From: Lama guanicoe
Lineage: Eukaryota
NCBI GenBank assembly: GCA_013239625.1
Contig: MU054323.1
Span: forward strand, 1,798,001-1,862,000
Length of the DNA: 64,000 bases
Direction of reading: 5' to 3'
Below the pieces are notes generated by a model, which saw nothing but the letters and a program-made list of their open reading frames with translations, did not search any database and was not told the DNA's origin. Of this stretch, positions 39,905-52,576 are shown piece after piece (positions within the stretch are counted from its first letter, which is position 1; the number at the start of each line of letters is the position of its first letter). The translations under genes and the position numbers were made by a program.

Positions 39905-40171
39905 AAAGTGGAAATTTGAGCACAGATGAACACACTGAGAGAACGCTATGAGAAGATCGATGTTATGCAACCACAAGCCGAGGATCTACCAGGAGGTAGG
40001 AGAGAAGCCTGGAACAGATCCTTTTCTAACATCTTTAGATGGGAGGGAGCATGGCCCTTTGAAAACTTTATCTTGGACAGCCAGCCCCTAGAACTGAGAG
40101 AATCCCATTTTGTTCTTTAAGCTATTCAGTTCATGGTACTTTAATTTTTAAAACAACTCCAGCAAGCTAAT
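39905..40171 (+). mobile_element. MLT1C-like LTR 3' part
   Basis: 'accacaagccgagga...ctaccaggaggtaggagagaagcctggaacagatcc...gaactgagagaatcccattttgttctttaagc'. Confidence 0.75.
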
Positions 40172-40173
40172 GA

Positions 40174-40394
40174 TTTTCTTTTTTAAGTTGAAGTGCCATC
40201 AGTTACAATGTGTCAATTTCTAGTGTATGGCACAGTGTCCCAGTCACGCCTATACATACATACATTCATTTTCATATGTTTTTATTAAAGGTTATTACAA
40301 GATATTAAACATAGTTCCCTGTGCTATACAGCAGAAACTTTTTAAAATCTATTTTTATATATAGTGGCTAACATTTGTAAATCTCAAACTCCCC
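40174..40394 (-). mobile_element. L1 3' terminal ~220 bp (L1 half of a U6/L1 chimera)
   Basis: The reverse strand reads 'ggggagtttgagatttacaaatgttagccactatatat...ctgtatagcacagggaactatg...gaaattgacacattgtaactga' followed by an A-rich tail. Confidence 0.9.
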
Positions 40395-40501
40395 AAAAAT
40401 ATGGACTGCTTCACAAATTTGCATGTCATCCTTGTGCAGAGGCCATGCTGATCTTCTCTGTATCATTCCAATTTTAGTATACATGCTGCCGAAGCAAGCA
40501 C
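40395..40501 (-). pseudogene. RNU6: Full-length U6 snRNA retropseudogene
   Basis: Reverse complement GTGCTTGCTTCGGCAGCATGTATACTAAAATTGGAATGATACAGAGAAGATCAGCATGGCCTCTGCACAAGGATGACATGCAAATTTGTGAAGCAGTCCATATTTTT (107 nt). About 11 differences from vertebrate U6 as I recall it, 6 of them CpG transitions. ACAGAGA box intact. Flanked by L1 sequence rather than a PSE/TATA promoter. Confidence 0.96.
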
Positions 40502-40523
40502 ATAAAATATATATATTATTACA

Positions 40524-41035
40524 TTTTTTATTGAGTTATAGTCATTTTACAATGTCATGTCAAATTTCAGTGTAGAGCACAATTTTTCATTTATACATGA
40601 ACATACATATATTCATTGTCAATTTTTTTTCCACTGTGAGCTACCACAAGATCTTGTATATATTTCCCTGTGCTATATAGTATAATCTTGTTTATCTATT
40701 CTGCATATGCCTGTCAGTATCTACAAATTTTGAAATCCTAGTCTGTCCCTTCCCACCTCCCACTCCCTTGGCAACCACAAGTTCGTATTCTATGTCTATG
40801 AGTCTGTTTCTATTTTGTATTTATGTACATTTTTGTCCATCAACAGATGACTGGATAAAGAAGATATGGTATATTTATGCAATGGAATACTATTCAGCTA
40901 TAAAAAATGACAACATAACGCCATTTGCAGCAACATGGATATCCCTGGATAATGTCATTCTAAGTGAAGTAAGTCAGAAAGAGAAAGAAAAATACTATGA
41001 GATCACTCATGTGTGGAATCTAAAAAAAAAAAAAT
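40524..41035 (-). mobile_element. 5'-inverted L1 (3'UTR on minus 40524-40835; ORF2 C-terminus on plus 40833-41035)
   Basis: ORF 40768 switches abruptly into CPSTDDWIKKIWYIYAMEYYSAIK..PFAATW..VILSEVSQKEKEKY, while 40524-40835 is the reverse-strand 3'UTR with a T-tail. Confidence 0.88.
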
Positions 41036-42439
41036 TGAACACAAAAAAATATTTTTAACGTGGATCTGTCCCTACCCTAGTCACCTTGGCTATTCTCACT
41101 CCTAGTGTGGCAGGTGCACTGTCCTTTCTCATTTCCCAAGAGCCAGTGAAGGCAGGTTGCCTGTTCTTGCTTATCTGAAGGAGGAGGGAGCAAATGTATG
41201 TGACCTGGGAAGCTGGGGTCACTCTTCTCAGCCACCTCCAAGGCCACTGCTGAAATCAGTGACAAAGGACAGCACTCTGATTATATAGACATATATTGTA
41301 CTATCATTTGTCAAGCATCTCTGAGAAACAATCCCACTTATTTCTTAAAACGAAATCTGTGTATGTAGCATTATTATGCATCTCTGTGTCTGTGTGCATG
41401 TGTGTGCATGCCTGTTCATGGGTCTAGGAAGGCCTGGGTAGACCTCTGTCTCTGGTTTTGGCTCTAAGATGAGGGCATTGCTAGTGTGAGGGGAAGTTCT
41501 GAGAGGCCAGGTCTGCAGGCCGCCCCTGACCTTTTCTTCGCATTTCTTGCCATCTTGTTCTCTGTCCTCAACATTCTGACCCTCAGCCTCCCCTCTTTTC
41601 ATTTTCCTATTGCCCTAAATGCTTCTGGAGCCTCTAGACTTGGGAGGAAGACACTGCATAATCATTTTTATAAGATCCCCTAGGTGGGTGGGTTATGTGC
41701 AGCAAAGGGTTTCTAAGAGTTCTTGAAGTAGTTCTGTGGTTTTTTTTTTAATTTCTCCTTCTGTATTTGCCTGTTTGAATCACAATAGGATCATACCATA
41801 GAGCTCTGGAAGCCATTAGGAGATCATCTTGACCAAAATCAGAGCTTGAAGCCCAAGCCCTGGAAGAGAGCATGGTTTTCTGAAGACCACACAGAGAATG
41901 ACTGACATTGGTGACCAAGTGCAAACTTGGCCTTGTGACTCAGTCAGGTGCGTTTTCACTCACAGCAGTTCAAGGGTTGTATTTACTCAGCTGTCGGAGC
42001 TTGAACATATCTGTTAATGACTTTGAGCCTGTGTCCTCATTTGGAACATGAGGACCATATCATTTCAGTGACAAGATTGGAGGTTGTAGGAAGTATATGA
42101 AAAGTTCCAGCTCCATTTCTGGCACCCAGAAAACACTCAGCATTTAGTTGAGTTTCTTTAAGAGTGTCGTGAGGACAGATGAGGGTGATGTCTGGAAGCT
42201 GGAAAGCCTAGAGCAGATAAAGAGTTTATCCAACTTAACAATACAATCATTTGTCCCTCATAATAGTCCCTCTATTGAAATGTTTGCTTATCTGCTTCCG
42301 AAATGATGAGTAGTCTGAGTTGCATCAGCGGAAATGAGAAAATAGAACAAAGCAAAAATTCAACAAATCTCTATCCAGCCAATCTACCTATTCAAGCTGG
42401 TTGATTTTTCATTTAGCATTTGTTTTTTATCTTAAAAAG

Positions 42440-42681
42440 ATGGAGTAAGGAGTTGCAGGCCAACTGATGTAAGGAATGCAGCTCTAAAAGCTGGAAAAGG
42501 TGGCGACAGATTTTCCCCTGGGATCTCCAGAGGGAGCACAGACCTGTGGACACCTTGATTTTGGGCCAGGCAAACTGATTTCAGACTTAAGACCCACACA
42601 ATGATAAGAGAATAAACACTGTGGTGTTTTAAACCCTGAAGTCCGAGTAAATTATTACAGCAACAGTAGGAAACCAACACA
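42440..42681 (+). mobile_element. MLT1D/E-like LTR 3' part
   Basis: 'gctggaaaagg...gattttcccctgggatctccagagggagcacagacctgtggacaccttgatttt...acagcaacagtaggaaaccaacac'. Confidence 0.8.
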
Positions 42682-43769
42682 CCAGAGAACCATCATTCGC
42701 ATCAGTGAAGATGGAATCTTGGCTTATGGTGGCCTTGAGTGGTTGTGGTCTCACGGAGCATGCTCATTTCTTGTCATAAGCAGAGCCATTAATGTTCAGT
42801 GTGTGGCATCTGGGTCAATCATAGAATCTACAGAACAGCAAGCTGACACCTAGGTCAGGGGTTGATGGCTTATTTTTTCACTGCTTATTCTGAGCACGCC
42901 CTTCCAATTGCTAGCAAGCTGCGAAAAGGCAGTGTCATCCTCTGTTGCCTGGGTTTGAGTGGCAGGGGAAGTCTGGGAGGGACTGCCATTTACACAATTG
43001 GCTTGCATCTGAAGTAGGCATGGGAGGAAAGGGGTAAGATGAAAAGCATCACCCAATGAGAGACGAATGTAGGGGATGGTTTCTTCCCGTTTCCTTGTCT
43101 TTCGTGGTGGAAACTACACATTATCTTCTTACCGAGCTACAAATGTGAACTTATAGAGTGAAGGGCAGGCAGGAGATGCCAGCCCAGGTACTGTGAGCAG
43201 CAGTGTGTGTGCAGCTGTGTCCCAGGCACGCAAAATACACCCTGTAGAGTTGCAAGATGGCAGAGATAAGCTATGAACCCTGAGTTAGACTTTCTTTCCT
43301 ATTCCTTAACTCCTCTTTTATTGATTAGATAAGAAACAGGTTTTCATTTATTTTAAAATCTGTATCCTTATACATTTATGCTATTATTATACTCACGTAA
43401 TATTAAATTACAAAGTGGTATGAAATTCAAAAAACATGAAATCATGAGAGATTGCAACATGATTTCTATGGATCACGAGTTATAAACAGTTTCAAAGTTG
43501 TGCTTTCTTGAAGGCAATCCCAATCGTGGTTAATTTTAGCATCGATGTGAATGAAGGATTGGGCATAGTGTAGGTTCATATCTGATTTTACTTATTTTTC
43601 TTTTATTCACTTCTAGCTCTGTTGTCAACATGATGCATGCTTCTTGTCTACAGTTTGGAAAGTGCCATGACTGCAAATAAAAACATTACTCATTCTTCCA
43701 ACAAACAGGACAACAACTACTGATATTTTACAGGGTTTCCTTTGCTCATCTTCTTTCGTGATCTTTTAG

Positions 43770-43990
43770 TTTAAAAAATATATATTAAACCAACATCTCA
43801 AAAATATTAGAATTTCAACATTTCATTATTGCAAAATTATTAATCATCTATCTTTTATATTTTGTATCAAGTTTTAGAAATCTGTTTTGTATTAATACCT
43901 ACAGGCCATCCCAATTCGCATCAGCCCAATTTTAAGCGCTCGGTAGGTACAGTTGGCTAGTGGCTGCCATATTGGAGAGCAAAGCCCTAG
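43770..43990. mobile_element. MER33/MER3-like hAT-Charlie relic
   Basis: 'aaaatattagaatttcaacat...ggctagtggctgccatattggagagcaaag' resembles MER3/MER33 termini. Confidence 0.55.
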
Positions 43991-44361
43991 GGGTTACGCT
44001 GAGATTGGGAAGATGAAGAGAGAAGTAAAGGAGATTGGAAGGTTGGGGGTTTGTAATTAGGGACTGGGGCAGTTTAAGTGTCAGAGGGGAAATACCTGGC
44101 TGGAGACAGGAGCATGGATGTGGATGTCTGAGGTGAACTGGAAGTAAATGAAAGTTCTTAGACCTGAGCAGGGAGGTCAAGATGCTGGTTGGTTCATCCA
44201 CTTGAACAGTGAAGTTCCCCTGGGATGGTGGCAGTGGCTGGGAAGGAGGGGAAGCTTTATGCTTGGACCTTAGTAGGGGCTCAGATTGATGCCCAGTGGG
44301 GAAGATAAGAGGCAGGCGCAGAAGCCAGTGGTTGGAGTCTACACAGGAGAAGGATTTCTGC

Positions 44362-44578
44362 CAGGGGTCAGCATACAGCCCGAGGCCAAATCCAGCCCAC
44401 TGCCTGTTTTTATAAATAAAGCTATTGGAACACAGTCACTCCCATTTCTTGATGTATTTCCTATGATAATTTTTTTGCTACAATGGCAGAGTTGAGTACT
44501 TTGGACCAAGGCTGCATGTTTTATAAAGCTTAAAATATTTACTATCCAGCCCTTTGCAGAAAATTCACCAACCTTTGA
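44362..44578 (+). mobile_element. MER58A hAT-Charlie MITE
   Basis: 'caggggtcagc..acagcccgaggccaaatccagcccactgcctgtttttataaataaag...aaaatatttactatccagccctttgcagaaa'. Confidence 0.88.
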
Positions 44579-45334
44579 TTTATGCCTTGGTCAAAATGAA
44601 CCTCAAAGGAGGAGGGGTTCTCTATAGTAGGGAGAAGTAAATTCTCTGAAAACGCTGAAACCGTGGCTTGACCCTCAGGATTTTTCCCCCTAATTTGTGA
44701 CTCTGTTTCAGCTCAATCCCAAGGAGGCAGCTGTACTGTTAAAACTGCAACTTGTGAGGGATCACAGGACCAGCATTAACTTCCAAGATTACACTGTCTT
44801 CTCCACTGTGCATTCTTCAGCCTCCCACAGGCACTAGCATTTATTGGGGTCACTAATGTGCTTTATAAATTGAATCATGATGGTGACATTTTTATAAATT
44901 GGCACAGTGATCCCCAAACCCATGGAAAATTTTAACTTGTGTAGAGTTTCCTATTTCTATTTAGAAACAAGGAAATTTCCACTCACCCTCTTATGCTTTA
45001 CACACAATTAGAGTCTATTATGGGACAAAAATTCTTTTACTCCCTGATAATAAAACCTGATGCATTGCATGAAAGATCTCATTTGTCAGAAAGCACATAA
45101 TCCTACTGTTTCTATTTTATGTAATTCTCCTCTCAGTAGGAAATGGTGCAGCACACTGAGAAGGGCAGTGGACGGGGAAGCATTAGACCCAGGATTTATT
45201 TTTAGCTTTGCTTCTATTTTGGTGCCTCTAGATTTCAAGTTTCTCATTTATAAAAATAGTGGCAATAAAATGCTACTACTCACTGAGTGATAATAATAAT
45301 AACGACATTCTCCTCTGAGACAATAGATTTTAAC

Positions 45335-45540
45335 GATGGCGAGTGTAGACACTGGAGCCTGCTTGCCTGGGTTTGAATCCTGAAAGCCCACTGGGTAAGT
45401 CAGTAAATTCTCTGGACCTTAATTTCCTTATTTGAGAAAGGAGGAAACCACTTCATTAATTGAGATGATATTTGTGATACACTTGAAACAGTGCTTGGCA
45501 CATAAAGAAGTACCATTTTAGTGTGTTAAAAAATAAATAA
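45335..45540 (+). mobile_element. MIR SINE relic
   Basis: 'gagtgtagacactggagcc..cctgggtttgaatcctg...aacagtgcttggcacata'. Confidence 0.7.
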
Positions 45541-46284
45541 AATAATACACTGGGTCCTTTATGTCTATAATTCCTAGAGTAGTAGTTGTACTTTATAATT
45601 ACTAATAACATGTTAGACTTAGTTCTTTATGTGCACTGTCATTTAATGACAATATCAGGGCTGCAAAGGAATTACTATTTTCCCAAATTTTGTAGCTGAA
45701 GAAACATAATATGAGAGATTAACTAAATTGTTCAATATTATACAGCTAGTAAATGAAGGAGCCAGAATTACTGCAAGCTTTTCCCAGAACTGAGGCCCTG
45801 GATTTGATCCGTTGTTGCCACGTGTAAATGATCCTAGTTAGTTGCAGAGTTAACTTATCAGATTTCGTGGGGGCGCAAGTCTTGGCAACGTCCCTGACTT
45901 CCATGGGACTTTGGACAAATGGCTCAACGTTTCCATTTTTAGGTATCTCATATAGGACAGAAATGACACTAACCTACCACGCAAAAGGTAGGGGAACATC
46001 TGTTAATTTTAGCCTGTGCTGTGTCTGGTTTTATCAGTTCTGGGAAGAGCAGCTTAATTCCCCTTTTGGAAGCTTCTCCTTCCCTGGTTCTCAGTCCGTG
46101 TGATTTGCATGCAGCTGACCCCACCTGCTTGGCTCCAGCTTGGGGCCGTTGGCCTACCCATTACTGATCAGAGTATGACATGCCTTAGGTCAGAGGGATT
46201 GTTTCAGAATGTGCTCATGCAAATGCTTTTTGTAAGGCCCATATCTGTATAAATAATTTAATTAAAAGTGTATGAAAAATTAAT

Positions 46285-47190
46285 GCAGTCACAGGACCCA
46301 GCCTTGCCCACCAGCACGCTGATGCTAACCACCCAAGGCAGATCTGGCAAGCAACCAAGCCAGAGACCAACACGACCTATGAGTGTGCCCACAGTGGTCA
46401 GGCCCACAACAACGGAAGGGCCCATTCATCCCCAGGAAGGGCACCCCTAGAGCATCTAGGTCTGGTGACAAGAGGGGTATTTGCCACTGGGCCCCATAGG
46501 ATGCCTCCTCATAAGGATACGCCTCTAAGATCAGGAAAAGCAACCAACTTACCTAACACATAAAAATAAATACGGAAAATGAGACAAAATAAGGAGACTG
46601 AGGAATATGTGGCAAAAATAGGAACAAAGACAAAATCCAAGAAGAACGAAGTGGAGATAAGCAAGTTACTTGATAAAAAGTTCAAGGTAATAATCATAAA
46701 GATGCCGAACAATGCAGGAGAAGAATGAATGAACACAGTGAGAGGTTTAATAAATAGTTAGAAAATGTAAAGAAGAACTAAATAGCACTGAAAATTACAA
46801 TAACTGAAATAAAAAATACAATAGAATGGATCAGTAGTAGATCAGATGATTCAGAGGAACAGATCAGCAAACTGGAAGACACAGGAGTGGAAATAGCCCA
46901 AGTGGAACAGAAAAATAGATAAAAAGAATTTTAAAAATGAGAAGAGAGAGAGAAAGGGTTAGAGAACTTATTTGAAAAACAAACAGCTAAAGCTTTTCTA
47001 ACCTGGAAGCACAGAGTCCCAAACAAGATGAACCCAAAGAGGTCCACACCAAAACACATTCTAATTAAAATCTCTAAAGGTAAAAATAAAGAGATAATCT
47101 TAAAAGCAGCAAGAAAAAAGCGGCTAGTTATATGTAATGGAACTTCCATAAGACTACGAGTTGACTTTTAAGCAGATACTTTGCATCCAG
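46285..47190 (+). mobile_element. L1 5'UTR end plus decayed ORF1
   Basis: A-rich ORF1-like sequence with 'agagtcccaaacaagatgaacccaaagaggtccacaccaaaacacattctaattaaa' (RVPNKMNPKRSTPKHILIK) and 'taaaagcagcaagaaaaaag'. Multiple stops and deletions. Confidence 0.85.
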
Positions 47191-50100
47191 GACTGGGCTG
47201 AGGGGTGTGGGGATTCAGATTAAGCAATATGAGTGCCCAGTGAAACTGGGAGAACACAGCTAAGGTCCATGAAACATTTTTTAGAATAAGCCACTAAGCA
47301 GTAAATGAGATTCAGCAAAAAAGATGTATGAGACTTCAGAGAAAGGACAAAGCTTTGGAGAAGGAAGGGACAGCATCCTGGAAGAAGGAAAGTAGAAGGT
47401 GAAGCATGGAGCATGCTTTATGCAAAATTCTGAGCATTTGCTTATTAGCAAAATCAACTGGGCAGGAGGAAAAAAAATTGCGTTTTTCTAAATGACTTTT
47501 CCTCTGCACAATTGCAGGCTACATGATGCCACCCATTGGTTGAAACTGGGGTTATAAATGTTCTCAAAGTGAAGCGGAGACAGTAGTGAAGAAGGTGAGG
47601 ATCTATATCTCCTAAGCTGGAGTGTGCACCAATTCTATATTAGTATTTACTTTTGCAATAAAGGAAAAAAAAAACACCTCTGCTTATTCATTGCGTAGGC
47701 AGATTTAAAATACCTGGCATGTTTTACTGGGCGCAGACACAGACGTGTGTAAGATAACTACAATACACTTTTGTCCTCCGGATCAAGGATTGAATGCTAA
47801 TCGTTAGTGAAGTTTCCGGACAATATGGTAATTTGTTATCTTGGCAAATTTTAAGGCTAAATTCATTTCCTTTTATCTGCCCTGATTATACTAGAAGGGT
47901 GGGACTGAAAAGCTATTGATTGCTGATTGATTGGCTTTAGAATATTTCTTGTAGGGTATCAGGGTTGGCTTTGGTTTTAGATATTAGCACTTAGGCTACT
48001 TGCAAACCATTGAAATGTTCTTGAACATAGTAGAAAGTTCAAAATATGACATCTTGAGAGGATATTGTGCACTTTAATGTGTGTGTGTACTAAACACTGA
48101 GCCCAAAATTATGGTCTCACTTGTTATTATGGTCAGAAGTTTATATGTTCCCAGTGCAAATCTTGAGCAATACCTCTGGAATTTATAAACATATTGGAAA
48201 TCTAGCTTTGAAGAGACATTTATTATTCTCGTTCAAAACCAAAACAAAACATTTAAAGTACCATTAACCTCTCCATGTCCAAATCCTTCATTTTTCCTCC
48301 CTTCCACTCTGAACCTATTCAACCAAATCAGGGGCTGGCAGCTACACAGAAACTAAAGCATAGACTTTGAATGTTTGTGAACATTTAACATTTAGATTTT
48401 CAATCTCCTGGTGAACAAAGTGATTGAAATTCTAACCCTGTAGTGGCGAATGGGGATAATATACATTTGAAATCTACAAGTGAGGTTATCTCATGAATTA
48501 TTCTATTTAATAATAAGCTGAAAATAAAACCAAACCACTGATGTATTTCAAACGCAAATGTGATGCTGGTATTCAAAAAGAGCAAACATACCATAGGAGT
48601 AAGAAGCACGAGAAGAAATTGATCAAGATTTGACAAGGTGACAGGACACGTGTATCTAGGCTTTCACTGGTGTCTGCCTTCTACGCCTCTCTATTAGTGT
48701 ATCGATATTGTGGACTTTATTTTGTCCTTATTTTGGCATATTCATGGAAAACTGATCTTAAAGGTTATTTTTGTTTTGTTTTTTTATTAAAGCTCAGTGC
48801 AAAAAGAATTTTCTCTTGGTCATGCCTGAATGGCTCAATATTATTGCCTATTCTTTCTGTATTTTCCTGTGCTTCATTATTTCCTCAATTGCATAAGGGT
48901 TGAGAAAAATACTACCACCCTTTTGCCAAGCGGGGATGGATAGAGCTGCAGTTGTGGAGTCAGGAAGGCAGACCTGAAATCAAGTCCCAGGTGTTCCACG
49001 AAGAAGGCGCCTAAGGCTGTCAGGGTACCTCAGCTCTCTAGACATCGGCTTCATGAATAATAAGAAAAATAGTTCCCTCCTTGCAGAGTTTCTGTGAGAT
49101 TAAAGATTACATTTGTGAAATGCTTGGCAGAGAGAGATACAATGATAGTTAAAAAAAAAACTTAAAATTCCTATTTGAGAAAATATCACCCCGTTTCTTT
49201 ATATTTCTGTTCAGTAAACATTGCTGAGAGAGAACCTCAGAACTTTGTCCACATCTCAGAACACTTGCAGTTTCTTCCTCTGATTATGGTTATTTGGGTC
49301 TTTGTCGTATTAGCTACCTCTAACTGGGAGCCTCCCACAGGCAATGCCTGTGACTTCACCATTTTAGTAACCTTTACAGCATGGCTTCCTGGTTTCCCAA
49401 TGTGTCATCTGCCAAACGCTGGAACCAAAATATACTTTTCAGAGGGAGAATGTTCTATGATCTAATAAGTTTGGGAAATGTCACGTACGTGCTACGCATC
49501 CCCTTCTGAGAGCTTTTCAGTTTGTATTAGCTCACTGAATGTGGTGAAAAGCCCTACAAATGAGAAACCTTAACTCGGTTTAACTTCGTGTTTCTCAATC
49601 TTACTAGACTATGGAGAACCACTTTCGCTTTTTAACAGCATCTATTCATTTTGAGAATAACGCTTCTCTCAAGGTGGCCAGTGCAGTGTCTGTAGAGCAG
49701 GCAGACAGTAAACATGCATCACATTATGCTTTCTGTATTAATAATTATTTTTCATCCTTTACATTTTATATAAAATCTTACTCCTAATGGCCATATAATT
49801 CTGTCCATGTTAAATAGGTCCGGTTTTTCTCATTAATTCAAGAACCCCTAGGCTTCTGGAAAGAAAATTGAGTTCCATATGCCAAATATGCCAACTTAGA
49901 TTAAAATGTTAATTAAAACAATAGTAGCAATCGTAAAGACAGTGGAAACTTCTGTTCTTTAAAAAATGAATTGTGTTGGATGAGGCTAGCTTTGAAAAGT
50001 GAGATTCCATTTGGTGATATACAAAACTATTAAAGTTAAACAAAATATTCAACTCTCAGCTCATAAATGTTAGAGTAGCGTCTGTTCCTTCTCTTAGGGG

Positions 50101-51094
50101 AACAATGACAGACAAAGGTATTCCCATAAATGAGTGTTCCAGAAAGCAGAAACTGAGCATGCCAAACACCAAAACCTTTAAAAAGATCTCAACTATGATA
50201 AAAATCTTACCTAAAAATATTACACATTTCTCATCCTTATTATTAGCTCATAGAGAATATAATTTTACCCATTCTTGATGACACAGGGACAGTGCCATAC
50301 CTTCATATCTGGCCAAAATACAAGGATGGTCCTTCTCAAAAATACGCAATGAAGTGCTTAGAGCTTCTTTCTTCCTTCTCTAAATGTTCCCACACTGCAG
50401 CTCTCTCATTTATTGTTATCAGCGTCTTACTCTGACGCCAACATAGATTTCTTAGAAGCTTACCTCTCCTTGACATCTTTGCCCTGCCAACTGGACCTCA
50501 TCCCCAATTGACTTCTAGTCTGAAGACCATGGAGACATCAGATAAACAGGTGGTGAATCAGTAGCTCTTTTCCCCAAGCATTTGTAAATAAATAAGTTTA
50601 TGTGAGAGTCTGAAAAACGGCTTCATATCAATTACTAACAATTTTTGTTAACACATTAACTTAGGGTAACACTAAGACATAATTGCCTGATAAGTTTGGG
50701 GTTCCACAAAAACTTTCATCGCTTTGTGATAGCTGTGTTCCCACCTTTAATTCATGCACTTATGACATGATTCAGTCAACAGTCAATTGCTGTTAATCTG
50801 TATCAGTCCTTGGGACAAGTGCTGGATGTTGATTCTGAGAAGGATTAATTGGTAGCCCTTCTTTCTTCCTGATAAACTCTTAGCTGACTGAAACTGAGTC
50901 AGGGTTCAGAACATCAGCTTTGTTGTTGGTAAAGCTAGATTGGAGAGCGGAGCTTAGACCTGTAGCCCTGTTTTGGCTTCTGCCTCAGCTCCTCCCCAGC
51001 TGAGTTTACCCTCCCAGCCTAGGAACTGCAGCTCCTCCCACCCTCCATATAAGTGGCCACTCACTAGTTTATGTGCTTTTCGGCTAAAATAATA

Positions 51095-51305
51095 ATAATT
51101 CCCAATTGCTGGGCAGCTGCTGTGAGCCCAACATGGTGCTAGGTTTTGCATACACCATAACTGATTCTCATAGCCTGTGAAGTATTTCTACAGAGGAGAA
51201 AAAAAGGTTGAGAGTGAAGTAATTTGCTCAAACTCTGAAACTTAGTCAAAGGTAGGGCTGGAATTTAAGTGTGCTTGTACGTGGCTCCAACACCTGTGCT
51301 CTAAG
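51095..51305 (-). mobile_element. MIR SINE relic
   Basis: 'acatggtgctaggttttgcatacacc...tacagaggagaaaaaaaggttgagagtgaagtaatttgctcaa...gggctggaatttaa'. Confidence 0.6.
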
Positions 51306-51902
51306 TTTCAAACTCCATTGCGTTTCTCCTCTGCGGTCCCCTAAGGACAGACCACACTCATCTCCACCACAGTGTCGTTATTGTCCCCCTTTACTCTTCA
51401 AGAGTTGTCCTGTGGATACTTAATCCTTCTGGCTCACTTCATGCAGCCACAAAGGTCCAGTTGCTAGTATTTTTACAAAGACGCACATAACTTTAGAGTC
51501 CCTTTCAGCACCAATTTGACTATTTCAGAAACCCAGGATGGTGACTTAAGAAAAAAATGTAATTGGTGGAGGGGAAAATAATGTCAACACAACCAGTCAA
51601 CAAATAGAACACATTACGGATTGCACATCAAAGATGCTTGCAGTGAATGAGCTTCACAGGGAGGCTTTGGGATGCCGAAGTGGAGAAGACGGGTATCAAG
51701 CAGCATTTATTTCCTAAGATAGAGATCCCGTTGGTTAATGGTTAAATTATTCCCTGAGTACCCTGATTTTCTATGGAAGTTCCTTTCTTATTTCCATTAG
51801 TACCATTACCATCTCTTGACTTTTCTCTTTCTCTGTTTTTGAGCCCTAAGACACCAGCGTGCTCCAGATGCTGCCTTACTTACCACCCAACTCTTGGTTA
51901 GC

Positions 51903-51920
51903 ACGCCCTCTAGTGGCGGC
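51903..51920 (-). promoter_or_regulatory. Candidate CTCF binding motif
   Basis: The minus strand reads gccgCCACTAGAGGGCGt, a close match to the CTCF core CCASYAGRKGGCR. It lies in apparently non-repeat DNA and retains two CpGs. Confidence 0.6.
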
Positions 51921-52201
51921 TCAATGAATCCCATAATTACCCTTCGTTAGTGAGACCCACCGGTATTGTGAAAATCATAGAATTTTCACTCACGTACTTA
52001 ATTTTCATATAGTCTCACTTCTATAATTTTAATGACCAGAAAGTACTATAAAGTGGATCTAAGACAATTTATTTACCAGTTATTTCAACTTTTACAATGA
52101 CTGAAAACAATTTCTCATTGTATACATTAATGCGTATGTTTAAAACATTCCCTGAGGTTAGATTTTAAGTAGTTAGAATTTTAAAGACAGAGTAGCTCAT
52201 C

Positions 52202-52576
52202 TGTTATGATAGAGATTGGGTCCCCCTTACTTAACCCCCAGTACTTCAGAATGGAACAGTATTTGGATACAGGCTATTGAAGAGGTGATTAAGTTAAAAT
52301 GGGATTATTAAGGTGGATCCTAATCCAATATTAGTGGCGTCCTTATAAGAACAGGAAGAGATAACAAGGATGTAAAAACATGGAGGGACCACCACGGGAA
52401 GAAGCAGCGAGAGGGTGGCCATCTGCAAGCCAAGGAGGGAACACTCAGGAGACACCAAACCTGCCTACGCCCTGATCTTGGACTTCCAACTTCCAGACGG
52501 TGAGAAAATAAGTCTCTGCTGTCTGAGCCATCCCGTCTGTGGTACTTTGCTATGGTAGCCTGAGAAAATTAATACA
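52202..52576 (+). mobile_element. MLT1B-like solo LTR
   Basis: Runs tgttatg...aattaataca, with 'gaggtgattaagttaaaatgg', 'ggccatctgcaagccaaggagg' and 'ctgatcttggacttccaac'. Confidence 0.88.

Noticed and set aside
40395..40501. Functional U6 snRNA gene
   Set aside because: About 11 substitutions dominated by CpG decay. The upstream sequence is an L1 tail rather than a PSE/TATA promoter, and the copy is fused to L1 at its 3' end.
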